The notes under the pieces are model-generated. The model was not told the origin of the DNA and did not search any database. It worked only from the letters and a program-made list of their open reading frames with translations. The position numbers were made by a program, and so were the translations under genes. A stretch of 64,000 bases of DNA from NCBI RefSeq assembly GCF_032191835.1, contig NC_083224.1, positions 34,286,001 to 34,350,000 of the forward strand, given 5' to 3'. This document shows positions 26,165 through 38,864 of the stretch, piece after piece. Origin of the DNA: Heteronotia binoei. Taxonomy: Eukaryota. How positions within the stretch are numbered: the first letter of the stretch is position 1; each line of letters begins with the position of its first letter.

Positions 26165-26375
26165 TAGTATGAAGATATATGAACATGTGAAGCTGCCTTA
26201 TACTGAAACAGACCCTCGGTCCATCAAAGTCAATATTGTCTACTCAGACTGGCAGTGGCTCTCCAGGGTCTCAAGCTGAGGTTTTTCACACCTATTTGCC
26301 TGGAACTTTAGTTGGAGATGCCAGGGATTGAACCTGGGACTTTCTACTTAGCAAGCAGATGTTCTACCACTGAGC
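26165..26375 (-). mobile_element. tRNA-Ala-derived SINE (Squam2-like)
   Basis: Head on the minus strand ggctcagtggtagaacatctgcttg..ccaggttcaatcc. Copies at ~27575-28200, 30690-30870, 41240-41570 (+), 49720-49920 and 52735-52812. Confidence 0.8.
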
Positions 26376-27701
26376 CACCATGCCATTAGAAAAGCAGTAG
26401 AGAAGGCTGGGTGTAGTTCCCCTTCCTTGTATGATCCATTTTTTGTGCCCCCCAACTCACTTTAGATAGAAAGGTTGCTAACCACCAGATGTTTGCTGGA
26501 GATCTCCTGGTGACAGAGACAATGGCTGCTGTGGAGGGTGGACACTGAGGTCCCTCCCCTCCCCAAACCCAGGCTTCCCTAGACTCCACGCCTAAATAGG
26601 CCGGAATTTTCCAATCTAGAGTTGACCATCTTCACGCTCATGCAGACTTCCTCTGGCATTGCTCTTACTCTATAAATTTCCAAGTAGGGATCACATAGTT
26701 TGACATGAGCTTCCACATACTTGGCATGCTTTTAAGTCTACAGAACAGCCAAACTTCAAAACACACAATCCTATTTATTGCATTCAGTCATGCCCTAAAA
26801 TTATTGATTTTGTTTCATTAACTGGAAGGATATTTTTTTTAAAGCAGCTCTAGATCAGGGACGGAGAGCTGCTATCCATTTGGTCAGTTATGGCTCCTGG
26901 GGCAATTGCTTGGCCTCTTGTGATCCAACTATTATAAAGTTTTTTCAAAATAGACGGTATGCTGAAATGTGATTGCTCTTTTGAATTCCACGTGAATATC
27001 TAAATGTACATATTTTTATATCTAGTGCTATGAAATTCTTTCTGATGCAAACTTTATTAAAAAGCTGATTGTTCCTGCCCCAGGCCTCATTATGGCCTGG
27101 GAAACTATTGAAGTGAGGCATCCTTTGTAAACTATTAAGCAGGCTCCAAAAGAATGTTCCAACTCACATATGCTGTGGCTGTGCTCTGCACAAGAATTAG
27201 TCCACCTGCCTTTCTTGAATGATCCAGCTGTGTTTGCATTCAAAGCAAACCAAGCCCATATAGTATATTTGCTTCCAAGTGATCTAGCCCTATCTGTGCC
27301 AAGTTCCCATTGATTTTGGTAGTAGAAACACAGAGTAAGAAGACAAGGTCCTTTTCTAAAGGCAGTGTGTTTACCATCTTCTCAGTCCCACAGAACAAGT
27401 AGTCGCTAGCCAGTGTAGGTCACGTCCAGGCTGCTACAGGTTAAACATCAGTACTGTACTAGAAAATCATCTGATAAACAAAAATCTTTGTGGATTGTTG
27501 AGAGAAGGATAGTGAAGGACCTAAGAGTCATTGATGAAAGTTGCAGAGCCCTCCATTACTGATGGGCCATTTGAGAACACTGCTTACACGTATGAAGCTG
27601 CCTTATACCGAATCAGACCCTTGGGCCATCAAGGTCAGTATTGCCTGCTCAGACTGGCAGTGGCTCTCCAGGGTTTCAGACAGAGGGTTTTCACATCATC
27701 T

Positions 27702-28133
27702 CAGGGCCTTAGCCAGGATTTCATGTTTGGTGGTGCCCACAGCAGGATTTGTTGTTTGGGGGGGCTGAGGGGCCACCTGGTTTGGCAGCCCTGGGCTCTT
27801 GGCACTGTAAGCTGCCTTGAGGTATACAAGCTAAGCCCCTTTGCCTGGGCAGTCATAGCAGCTCTACTCTCCCACCCCTTTCTTATGTGCCCATCTCTCA
27901 GAGAGACAGAGACCTCTTCTCCCCCCCCCCCCCCCCTTTGCTCTGCATGCTGTGTTAGGGAAGGGGAGAGAGAAAAGTGAAAAGACCAACAGCAATGCTA
28001 CTAGTTGTTCAGAGTGGCAGTGAGCAAAGGGGACAGATTGGGGGCCCTCCAATGGAGGGGCCATACAGCTGGAGCGGGGGGGTTGAAAGGAGAGGCCTGG
28101 CTTCCCCTGGGCCCCACTGTAGCTATGGACCTG
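27702..28133. mobile_element. hAT-like element nested in a tRNA-Ala SINE
   Basis: TSD catcatct/catcaccc; SINE sequence resumes on both sides. Confidence 0.7.
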
Positions 28134-28727
28134 CATCACCCACTGCCTGTTAACTGGAGATGCCAAGCAGAGGCTCTGCCACTGAGCCACAGTCCCTCCC
28201 CTGATGCTGTACCACTGAGCACAGCTGAAGGGCAAAATAACATTGCTAGCCCAGCCACAATTCTCTTCCTAGCCTTCTTCTCTTCTGGTTTTGCAATGGA
28301 GCATCAGAAAGGATCACTCAGGGGGCCAGATTTGTCCAAGGTGCTGTGAGTCAATGACCTCGTCTTAGAGGAAATTCAATAGGGTTTCTCATTCTCCACA
28401 TTTCTTAGCAGGGTCTGAAGTTGCTTCCATTGAAGAAGCTGACCTCTCACTGTTGTATATCAATGAGATTGGTCTCCTTAGCAAACAGCATTGGACACTG
28501 AAAGCACTAAAATGCTGATGTGGATTCATTTGTTCCTAGCATTGCCTTCACAGTAACCCAGAGATCATTGCTAATCCCATTTCTAAGAAAAGGAACTGGG
28601 GCGACAAGAGAGCAAAAAAAAAAATAATAAAAAATCTGCCACTTATTGTATTCATAACTGAGCAAAGAGTTGAACACGTTTCCCAGGTTCAAATCCAACC
28701 TACTGTCCATTAGGTTATACTCATCTC

Positions 28728-28911
28728 CAGGGCATTTTTTGTAGCAGGAACTCTTTTGCATTTTAGGCCACACACCTCCGATGTAGCCAGTCCTCCAAGA
28801 GCTTACAGTAGGCCCTTTACTAAGAGCCCTGTAAGCTCTTGGAGGACTGGCTACATCAGTGGTGTGTGGCCTAATATGCAAAGGAGTTCCTCCTACAAAA
28901 AAAAAGTCCTG
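28728..28911. mobile_element. hAT MITE family A
   Basis: Palindromic; same sequence family as 5664-5844. Confidence 0.85.
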
Positions 28912-29308
28912 CAAGTCATTTCCATTATTTTGGAAACTGGTAATGCCTTACTTATTCCTTTGTTTCCAAATCCTCTTGTAGTAATTGGGGTTGCAGTAGT
29001 GCATATGCAGGGAGTTTATCAGGTCTGCTTAATAAGATGCAGAGTGCTGGCAGACTCAAGGCAGGTAGACTATAGATGAAGCCAGGGCTTTTTTTGTAGA
29101 AAAAGCCTAGCAGGAACTCATTTGCTCAATGTGTTCAGGCTGAATGTGTATTAGGCCACATCCTCTGATGCCAAGCCAGCTGGAACTGCGTTCTGGTGCA
29201 TTCCTGCTGAAAAAAAATCCTCAATTAAGCAAATAAATGAATAATGGCAGAAATGCTCCTTTCAAAGACAGTTGGATACTGATGACACTTTGAAATGTGC
29301 ACCGATAG

Positions 29309-30131
29309 TAGGGTTGCCAAGTCTAATTCAACAAATATCTGGGGACTTTGGGGGTGGAGCCAGGAGACATTGGGGTGGAGCTATAAGCAAAGTTGTGACA
29401 AGCACAATTGAACTCCAAAGGGAGTTCTGGCCATCACATTTAAAGGAACCGCACACCTTTTAAATGCCTTCCCTACATTTTAGAAATAACGAAGGATAGG
29501 GGCACCTTCTTTCGGGGCTCATAGAATTGGACTCCCTGGTCCAATCATTTTGAAACTTGGAGAGCATTTTGAGGAGGGTCATCAGATGCTATGCTGAAAA
29601 TTTGGTACCTCTACCTCAAAAAACAGCCCCTCCGGAGCCCCAGATACTCCCCAGATCAATTCTCCATTATACCCTATGAGAATCAATCTCCATAGGGAAT
29701 AATGAAGTGCCCAACAGACACTTCCCTCCCTCCCGCCCCCACCCACTCCTTTCTGATGACTCTGAAGCAGCGGACTGGCATCTCTACTCCCAAGTTGCTG
29801 AACTTCCAACTTCTTCAAAGCAACACAGAGCAAACAAAGGTTCAAGTTTTCCTTTCCTATGCAAATGACCTCTAAAAACAGAGGATTTGGGAGGGTTTGG
29901 GCTGTTTTCACAGCCACTGAGAGCAGCCAATTTGTTCTCCCCCTGCTTCCTCTGTCCCTATTCAGCCTTAAAGACACAGACACACCATTCCAAGAGGAAG
30001 CTTTTTCATGCCTTCGGAGGTGGAAAGGCTGTGGGGGTGGGGCTTCCCCACGCCGGCCAGCTGACTGGGGGTGGGAAGGAGGCTGGGAAAGCAGGAGAAC
30101 CCCCGCTGGGACCTGGGGATTGGCAGGCCTC
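29309..30131. mobile_element. hAT non-autonomous element (tagggttgccaa TIR)
   Basis: Degenerate TSD accgatag/atccatag; homologous to 57440-57950 and 63119-63911. Confidence 0.8.
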
Positions 30132-30969
30132 ATCCATAGAGTAGTGTTGGATGTGGATCAGTTTATGCATACCAGCAAGGTTCAACAGATAATGCCTGCC
30201 CAAGAAGGGGGCCCCACTTCACAGACATCAAAATGTTTGGATCAGAATCGGACCCAGGGCTGGACCTAGACAGACTGATGCTCTAGGCAAGGCTAACTTT
30301 TGCCCGTCACCCACCTGCACTGATAATGTCACTGAGTCATATGGGATGCCCAATTCAGCACCCCAGAAGGCTGGTGCCCTAGGCAATTGCCTAGTTTGCC
30401 TAGTGGCAGGGCTGGTTCTGGTTGGACCTACCAAGAAGTGCTGAGAATGAGAAATCCTACTGGGTTTCTTCTAACATAGGCAAGAATCTGCAGAATCTGA
30501 GCATGCGTCCTAAATCTTGCGCCCCCAGAGTCCTCTGCAATGCTTAAGCATTTCTCAGCAGATCATATTGGAAAGTGTTCTGGGTAAGAAGGGGAAAGTG
30601 GCTTCATGACTCTCACAAAGCCCAGCCAATCAGCAGAGTGCTCTCAAAACACTCCAGCAGTATGTAATGGTAGAAATTGTACCAAGCTGTTAAAGACATG
30701 AAGCTGCCTTAAACTGAGTCAAGTCATTGGTCCAGCTTCTCTGACTGGCAGCCTCTCATTCCAAAATCCTGTTGGTCTCTAAAGTGCTTCTGAACTCAAA
30801 ACTTGCTACCTGGAGATACCAAAGTCTGAGTCTGATCTTATGCATGGAAATCACTGAGCCAGAGCCCCACTTTTTTTTTTAAGTACCTTAAGGCATTTCT
30901 AAATAAACTGAGAGATGGTTATCAACACAGTAAAATACAGAATGACCTTGCCTCAGTGATGCATGCAAT

Positions 30970-31670
30970 GGTCACTTCCAGGCTAGATTGCTGTAACTCT
31001 TTCTACGTGGGGCTGCCCTTTGTCTTGCTCCAGAAACTCCAGCTAGTGCAGAACACCAGATGTTGACATTGTCACCCGTATGGGCACAGATCCATCCTGT
31101 GCTGCACAAACTGCACTGCCTACCTATTGACACTAGATCCAGTTGAATGTGCTGGTTCTTACCTTTAAAGCTCTATACAGCCAGGGGCCAGCATGCCTTC
31201 AGGATGGCCTTTCCCCATATGAGCTCTGCAGGTCTTTGCAATCAGCGAACCAATACTTTTTGATGGTTCCCGGCCCCAGATACTTGCCTCGACTACAGCC
31301 AGGGCCTTTTCAGCCCTGGCCCCTGCCTAGTAGAATTAGCTCCCCTTGGAGATCCAAGCTCTGTGGGGCTTGCTTCAATTCCACAGGGCCTGTAACTCTT
31401 CCACTAGGCATTCAACTGAGGCAGCAGATGTCACCTGTTTGTGGCCTCCCCCTCTCACTCTCTCATTCTAGAGCTGTGGAAACTGATGGACATGGACCAA
31501 TAGGCCATGCCTGTTGAGGCTGGATGTGTCATTTTTAGCTTCTGTAAACTTAGTTTATATATATATATATATATTAATTTGTTTTTAACTGCTTGATTGT
31601 TGTTTTTATTATGTAACCCGCCCTGAGCCTGTTTTACAGGAAGAGCGGGCTATAAGTCAAATAAAATAAA
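30970..31670 (+). mobile_element. Degenerate L2 LINE 3' fragment
   Basis: Translation remnants SRLDCCNSFYVGLP..LQLVQN..VLVLTFKALY and an L2 tail. An inverted L2 end follows at ~31720-32180 (-); further L2 ends at ~24196-24396 (-), 22370-22500 (+) and 34395-34790 (+). Confidence 0.82.
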
Positions 31671-32274
31671 ATATCTACAGTAAGGCATTGTCTGTGAATG
31701 TAATACCATATTTTTTTTTAATTTGATTTATATCCCGCCCTCCCCACCGAAGCAGGCTCAGGGCGGCTCACAACATAAAATCCCACAAACAATTAAATTA
31801 ATAAGTATTAAAATTACACATTCAGTAATAAAATAGATATACAATGATTAAAACAGTTAAAACAGAATACTGAGTTGGTGCTATTCTGGTGGGGACGGCC
31901 TTCTTCCACATCTCTTAAGTACCAGTGCCATGTCAATTGAATGCCAGCCAGAAGAGGACAGTCTTGCAGGCCTTGCGGAACTGCACAAGGTTCCGCAAGG
32001 CCCTCACTTCATTTGGCAGTTGGTTCCAGGGGGCTATGATTGAGAAGGCCCTGTCTCTAGTTGATTTCAATGGGGCCTCCTTTAGCCCGGGGATTACTAA
32101 TAGATTTTGTGATCCTGATCTAAGTACTCTCTGGGGAACATGTGGGGAGAGATGGTCCCTAAGGTAGGCAGGTCCTAGACCATAATGTTATAATAATGTT
32201 GCTGCTGTATATGGTGAGTAAAAGGAAAATGTAGCTTGTAATGGAGACTCAACTTTGAATGATGTCACATTAAG

Positions 32275-32415
32275 GCAACCCAAGCAGGCAAGACCCAAGG
32301 CGGACAGATGGCTGAGAAGACGACGACTGATTCCCATGCCAAAGGCACCAAGAAAAAGAAAACAGACAGTCCCAGATTAGGACACAGTACATTTAGCAAA
32401 CTCTTTAGGCATAAG
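32275..32415 (+). CDS. BCAS1: BCAS1 141-nt (probably cassette) exon ATQAGK...KKKKTDSPRLGHSTFSKLFRHK
   Basis: Resembles rodent KKKRLDSPRLGLSFRKLFRHK as recalled. Weak aag acceptor, bounded upstream by an in-frame TGA at 32260, and donor AAG|gtcggt; phase 0-0. Confidence 0.88.
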
Positions 32416-33547
32416 GTCGGTACTGGGTAATAACCACCAAGAGAACCCTGAATGGCAACAGATGAGCTTTAGTTAAACACAAGATGAAACGTTGCCTCTA
32501 TCAGACACTTCATCAAGGACAAAATCTTGACAGGTGTTTTGGTTCAAAAACTGATCCTGATGGGAGAGGGAAGGGAAGGATCTTGAGTGTTTCAGAAGTC
32601 TGGAACTTTTTATACATCTGTGAATTCAGGGTTCAGTAAAAATAAAACCCTCTGAATGTATCATTATAACCATTTCCTGTGTCATCGTAAATCCTTTTTT
32701 GCTAACAAAACCTATGTTTCCCTTAACTAGAACTTAGATCTGACAAACAATGATGAAAGGCACGCCACCTACCTTATGTAATAGCAATGCTTGGCATTTA
32801 TATCTTGTGTCTCAAGTCATAATGTGTAACATTCCAAAAATGTAGACCTTTTTCTGCAGTGCACTGAAGGGGGTAGAATGAATGTATGGGGGAGGGGGGA
32901 GAGATTGTGACAACAAACTCTGCCCCTAGTCCCCATGTGTTACTGGGTAGGCATGTAAAGAACCTTCACATGTATAGTGCATTCATAGGCAGCTCTGTTC
33001 ATGCAATCAGGAATACTGGAAATGTGGTGTTCCTGACCACAGGGACAGCAATGTACCCAACATGTATGTGTTCATTCATAGGTTGTACATATATGTGTCC
33101 AATGGATTTGAATAGATTTATTTATATTTATTCTGGTTGGAGGTAGAGCTCACTGTCACAGTTCCACTTCCCATGCCACATGCAGGTTTGACTGGATAAA
33201 CATATGGAGCAGAGGTCCATCAGTGGCTTTTAGGCAGAAGGTATAGATGAAACACTATGTCTTGGGCAGTGATGTTCAGTATTCGTGGTGCTTGGAGGAC
33301 AACCATAGGAGGGCTTCTGAAGTTCTGGCCCTGCTGGTGGACCTCCTGATGGCACCTGGTTTTGACCATTGTGTGACATAGACTGCTGGACTGGATGGGC
33401 CAGTCCACTCCCCTCATTCTAACAGTATTTGCAATGAGGATTCTGGTTTTACTGGCTTTGGGATAGAGATGCTTGGCTCCAGCTATGCACCTGCTGACAA
33501 TCGGTTTTGCACTTCTATTCCCTGTCTCACCCCCTACCCTTCCCCAC

Positions 33548-33828
33548 AGCCAGTTTGGTGTAGTGGTTAAGTGTGCAGACTCTTATCTGGGAGAACCGGG
33601 TTTGATTCCCCACTTCTCCACTTGCACCTGCTGGAATGGCCTTGGGTCAGCTGTAGCTCTGGCAGAGGTTGTCCTTGAAAGGGCAGCTACTGTAAGAGCC
33701 CTCTCCAGCCCCACCCACCTTACAGGGTATCTGTTGTGCAGGAGGAAGATAAAGGAGATTGTGAGCCGCTCTGAGACTCTTCGGAGTGGAGGGCGGGATA
33801 TAAATCCAATATCTTCTTCTTCTTCTTC
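33548..33828 (+). mobile_element. Full-length Squam3-type (MIR/Ther1-derived) SINE
   Basis: tRNA-like head agccagtttggtgtagtggttaag with B box ggtttgattcc, L2-like tail and (TTC)n. Other copies at ~10110-10350, 11265-11520, 13860-13965, 24500-24720, 42170-42445, 53400-53630, 54315-54530, 56627-56905 and 61600-61880. Confidence 0.88.
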
Positions 33829-34802
33829 AGTCAGTTCTGGGGGTGCTGATCCCTATTGAGAGTGTATGCCACGCCATTGTGAAATAAAGCATTTTGAGTC
33901 CTTTCTGCTGGGTCTCAAAGTGGAAACAACTATCAGTTATCTTTTGGGTTTCCAGCCTCCAGCTGGCACCTCTCGCTATTACAACTGATCTCCAGTCAGC
34001 CAAGATCAGTTCCCCTGGAGCAAATGGATCCTTTGGAGAGTGGACTCCGATTATGGACTGTGTTAGTCCATAATTCTAGACTTCTTGACTGTAATGCTAT
34101 CAATGTATTCTTAAATTTGCCCATAGCTCGATAGTTTGACCCACTGATGAGTAGGGGGTCGGAGGAAAAGAATGGCAGCATTGTATCCTCAAGAATGTGT
34201 GAGGACAAAGACCCTTGAGATGCGAATAGCAAATATTAACTTCATGCAAAAATTCCAGTTAGACACCCACATGGAATTTTTGTGAGTAGGGGGCTTGTAT
34301 AATAAAGTTCACTTATTTGTAATGGAATGTCAGTGGAAAAGACAAATAGTGGGATCCCTATAAAACTGAGTTATATTTGATATTATTTTCATAAAGGCTC
34401 GATTAAAGGCAACCGGGGAGCAAGCCTTCTCCGCAATGGCCCCTCGATGGTGGAATCATCTACCAGAGATGGTGCGAGCCCTGCGGGACTTGAATCAATT
34501 CCGCAGGGCTTGTAAAACATTTCTTTTTCAGCTGGCTTTCGAAACAGAACCTGGCTAAACTGATGAAATTGATGTGTAGCCATCCAGCCATCTTGTGGAT
34601 ATTATGACCCATAGTAATGTAGCACCTTTTATCTATTTTAACTAACTTATTTATTATGTTATTGATTTAAAATTTCTGTTGTATTATATTGTTTTATTGA
34701 ACCATGGATTTCCATGCTTGTGAGCCGCCCTGAGCCCGCCTTTGGCGGGGGAGGGCGGGATATAAGAATAAATTTATTATTATTATTATAAAGGGGAGGA
34801 GG

Positions 34803-34982
34803 CAGGGCTTTTTTGTAGCAGGAACTCCTTTGCATATTAGGCCACACACCCTGGATGTAGCCAATTCTCCTGGAGCTTACAACAGGCCCTGTACTAAGAG
34901 CCCTGTAAGCTCTTGGAGGATTGGCTACATCAGGGGGTTTGGCCTAATGTGCAAAGGAGTTCCTGCTACAAAAAAAGCCCCG
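34803..34982. mobile_element. hAT MITE family A
   Basis: TSD ggaggagg/ggaagagg. Confidence 0.88.
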
Positions 34983-35294
34983 GGAAGAGGAAATAACACA
35001 TTTTGCTAAAAGGGCTAAGTTTTTCCTTTAATGCACCCTTTGTGACCACCAGACTCTGTTTGGAGTCAAGTTTAAGACAGCAGCCCTAATTGTATTTGCA
35101 AGGACATCAGTTCCAAATAATTCAGAGACACTCAGTTCTAACAGGACAGGATGTCAGCTTGTATGCTTTCCCATTCTCAGTGTAAACAGGCCAGGCAGTT
35201 CCATCTGGAAGGCTAAACAAACAAAGCAGAGAGGCAACAGCCATCCACCGCATGCATCTTTGCAACTTCTGCAGAGCAGTCCCCACCACTGAAG

Positions 35295-35465
35295 TGGGTG
35301 GAGCATCCTCTGCCCATGTAGAGCTTCCTGTGTGCTATACCTAACTTAACACTGGTCTGGATGGAGTAGCCCCTGCTCATGTGGAACTCCATGCGTACTA
35401 CACCTAACTTAACATGGAAATGAGTGGAGCAGCCACTGCTCATGAGGAGCTCCATGTGTGCCATG
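35295..35465. repeat. Degenerate 63-bp tandem repeat, about 2.7 copies
   Basis: tggag anchors at 35299, 35362 and 35425; cctaacttaaca recurs with the same period. Confidence 0.75.
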
Positions 35466-38093
35466 CCAGACTTATAGCAGATATTTGTCAATAGACAAAA
35501 ATAAAGACTAATGTAATGTAAGGACAAATGGAAACCACCTCATTTGTCAAAAGATGCAGGAGGGAGCACAAATGGTGGCTCAAATTTCCTGTTTTCTGTT
35601 CTTCTTTGTTGTGTGCGAAGTGATGCACACAGGGCTTCTTCTTTTTTTTTTTTGTAGCAAGAACTCCTTTGCATATTAGGCCACACAGCCCTGATGTAGC
35701 CAATCCTTCTGTAGCTTACAGTAGACCCTGTAAGAACAGCACTGTAAGCTCTTGGAAGATGGGCTACGTCAGGGCTGTGTGGCCTAATATGCAAAGGAGT
35801 CTCTGCTCTACCTTGCTATTTTTCAGAAAGAATTGGAAAATAGTTTGCAACATTTTAAAAAAATATATATAGGCACATCATTAAAAAAAAAAAAAGTAGA
35901 GAAAAGCAACATAGCCCGACAGGGTACAGGGACAATTAATCATTGGTTGCCCCAAATGGTTTTTTTTTCAAATGACGAAGTTTAATCTGTCACCCATTCT
36001 GAGCATTCATTAAATGAGTGAAGGCTCGCTGTGAAGGGAAATGTTACATTATAGGTACCACCAGGGAAAAGGCTCTGTCTCATGTGCCCCTTTCCTCTAC
36101 ATTCCATGATGGAGAGATAGGGTGGATGAAGAACAGGAAGCACTAGTCACTTGTGCTTCCTGTCCTACTTGTATCTTCTTAAATCATCTTTATTCGATTC
36201 TGTTTTTCACAAGAAAGCATTGTTCTTCAGGTCTTTTTGTAAAATACTAACTTCAAACAAAAGCAATGTTTTTTCGTCTAAAAAAACTAATTTTCTCATC
36301 AATTAATCTTGGACGCTAACAGCTGGGGGGGGGAATCTATTGCTGCATTTGAATTTCAGGAGAAATAAAATATTTTTGAATGGGATATTGGTATGTAAAA
36401 CGTTTTCTGTACAAGTTTGAATTTCCAGACTATTTCAGATTTCCTCCCCCTCCGCTGTTTTACTCTGTTTTCCCATTCCTACTCTGCTTCCTTCCTCCCC
36501 TCCAGTACTCGCTGTCTCTCACCTCAAATCCTTGAAACTACCAAGATTACAAGCTCATAAAAGCTTGTTGGCCATTTTAGTTTGTATAGACAACTACTGA
36601 CAACTTCAGTGATGTGTTTGCTGTTATAATCTTGTGAGCTAGTCTCACAAGATCTTGGCGGCTATAAATTGCTTTGTTTTGTTTTCCCATCTTTTTACTA
36701 AATTCAAGATTTTCCTGCAAATCTGGGGGCTTGTCCTCCTGCAAAAACATCTACTTTAGTCGTGAATGGTCCAATTGTACATATCTTTTGATCTGCATTG
36801 TGGAGCCAAGTTAGATATAAGATGTCAAATTTCATTAAATACCTAGGATTTGAAGTCATGTCATCAGGATGCAATCTGTTTGAGTATTTGCATGATGCCT
36901 TTTAACCCAAAGACCATAATCCTGGGGGGGGGGGGGGAATGTTCACAACAAAGTCGCACTGAAAGCAGTGCATTCCCCAGCCTTACCCATCTGTGCTATT
37001 TTGGGGGGCTCACTCTCCCCTCAGAACCAATATTTCAGGGAGCTCAGTGGTCTGGGGTGGGGAGAAGGGGGGGAAATGTTATTCTGTTACTAGAGCTACA
37101 CAGACAGTACCTGTTTTGTTTTTTGTTTTTTTGCTAAATTCAATCTAAGGGCTTCATCTACTGAGCCTTCCTCTGATGGAGAAAACCTTTAACAACAACA
37201 TCAATAATGAAAGACCTTCTGTATTACAGGAAGACATGGGGGGGGGGAGGTCATTTTAGTGCTTTGACTTTAATTCTCAAAATGGTTATTTGGATCTAAG
37301 AACGTCTAAGAACATGGATCTCTTGCTTGGAGAGATTTGAGAGGACTATGAAACAATAGCATGGCTCACAACTTAGGGCTGATAGAGCAGAGAGGAGTGA
37401 GTATACAGCCTAGTTCTTTATCTAACTAGTTAATTGCTGAACAGTTCAGAATAGAACTTAGTTCCAAGTAAGCATGACATGCATCACAGCCTAAAGATCT
37501 GAACATAAGGACCAAACTGCAGTTTGCTCACAGTCAACTAATTGTGTGAAAAGGAGCTACTATGAGCAATTCTGGGAGGTTTTTGGTACCACACCCTCCT
37601 GCCTTGTGGTAGTAATTCCCATAAAGTCATTGTGGAATTATATCACATTCTAATGTGTCCTGTGGAGTGGTGGCAATCAACTCAGTCATGTGCCTGAGAT
37701 TATTAGCAATGTACATTTGAAGACATGAAGAGTGGCATCATAAGCTAATCACTGGTTAAAATAAGTAATGTTGTAGGAAATGCTTTCCAAAGCGTAGAAG
37801 CTACCAACATTTATATCAGATTAAGTAAAAATAGACAAGGCATTTAATACACTGATTTTCTTTACCATAGTTAAAGAACTAGGACGGATAATGTGTGTTG
37901 TGTCCTAACTGTTTGTATGAGCACTCCATCTAATCCCCTAATTCACTTTCCCGGAAAACCTAAATGTATGTGGCTCACCATATTAGCCGCCAGGCAAAAT
38001 GCATGAAGCTGAACGTAACAAAGACTGCAGAGACTGCTTGCCAGTATGAAGTAGCAGTTTACCTGTGACTTGACTTTCTTTTCTCTCTTTCAG

Positions 38094-38129
38094 TCAAAGA
38101 AGGATGCCCAGCAAACAGCTAATACCAAA
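38094..38129 (+). CDS. BCAS1: Candidate 36-nt BCAS1 microexon SKKDAQQTANTK
   Basis: Strong acceptor (gactttcttttctctctttcag) and donor AAA|gtgagt; open, phase 0-0; no mammalian match recalled. Confidence 0.6.
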
Positions 38130-38639
38130 GTGAGTAACACTATTGAACAGCAACCATGTGTGCCCTCCTTTCCAATTTCAAGTAAAATTACTATGCTTTT
38201 CAGATTGATGGTCAAAGTGGCCAGAATTCAGTTACCATGAGACTTTCTTCATTGCCAGAAGATGGTCTTATTTAGTGTATTTTCTGTTTTGTCATCTTAG
38301 AATGTATATTTGAACTATCACACGTGAGCAGTCTGATGAGCCTAGTTTGGCCTGAGTTAGTCAGGGCTTGGGAGCTAAGCAGGGTCAGCTATGGTCAATA
38401 CTTAGATGGGAGACCCCCAAGGAATACTGGGGTTGCTACATGGAGGAAGGCAATAGCAAACCAGCTCATCTTCTCTCAAGCCTGGAACACCCCATGGAAA
38501 AGGTCCTCATGAGTCAGTTGCAACTGTATGGCACTTTATTCTTCCTCATTATCACATGTGGGATCTTTCCCCATCGGTATTGTGGGAAGTTGTTCACCTT
38601 GTCTTTGGTCCTACCAATTCTTGTTATGCATGCTTCTAG

Positions 38640-38864
38640 AGTACTGAGCTGGCTGTAACCACAGATAATGTGAAACCAGAAGCGAGCATCCCTTCATCTC
38701 AGGAGACACTGGCAACGAAGCAGAGCACAAAAGCCCCGGAACCTCCAGTCCAACAGCAGGCACCCCCAGCACCAGCCGTCATCATCAATGAAATTCCAAA
38801 AGAGGTGACAAAGGAGAGATCTGCTTCTACCCCCACACCTCTAAGTAAATTCTTTTGGAAAAAG
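38640..38864 (+). CDS. BCAS1: BCAS1 225-nt exon STELAV...TPTPLSKFFWKK
   Basis: gcttctag|AGT in frame with ORF 38670; ends KFFWKK|gtatgt like mammalian LGKLFWKK. Confidence 0.9.

Noticed and set aside
29582-30269. 183-aa and 136-aa ORFs
   Set aside because: Inside a non-autonomous hAT element; no catalytic or DNA-binding motifs recognised.
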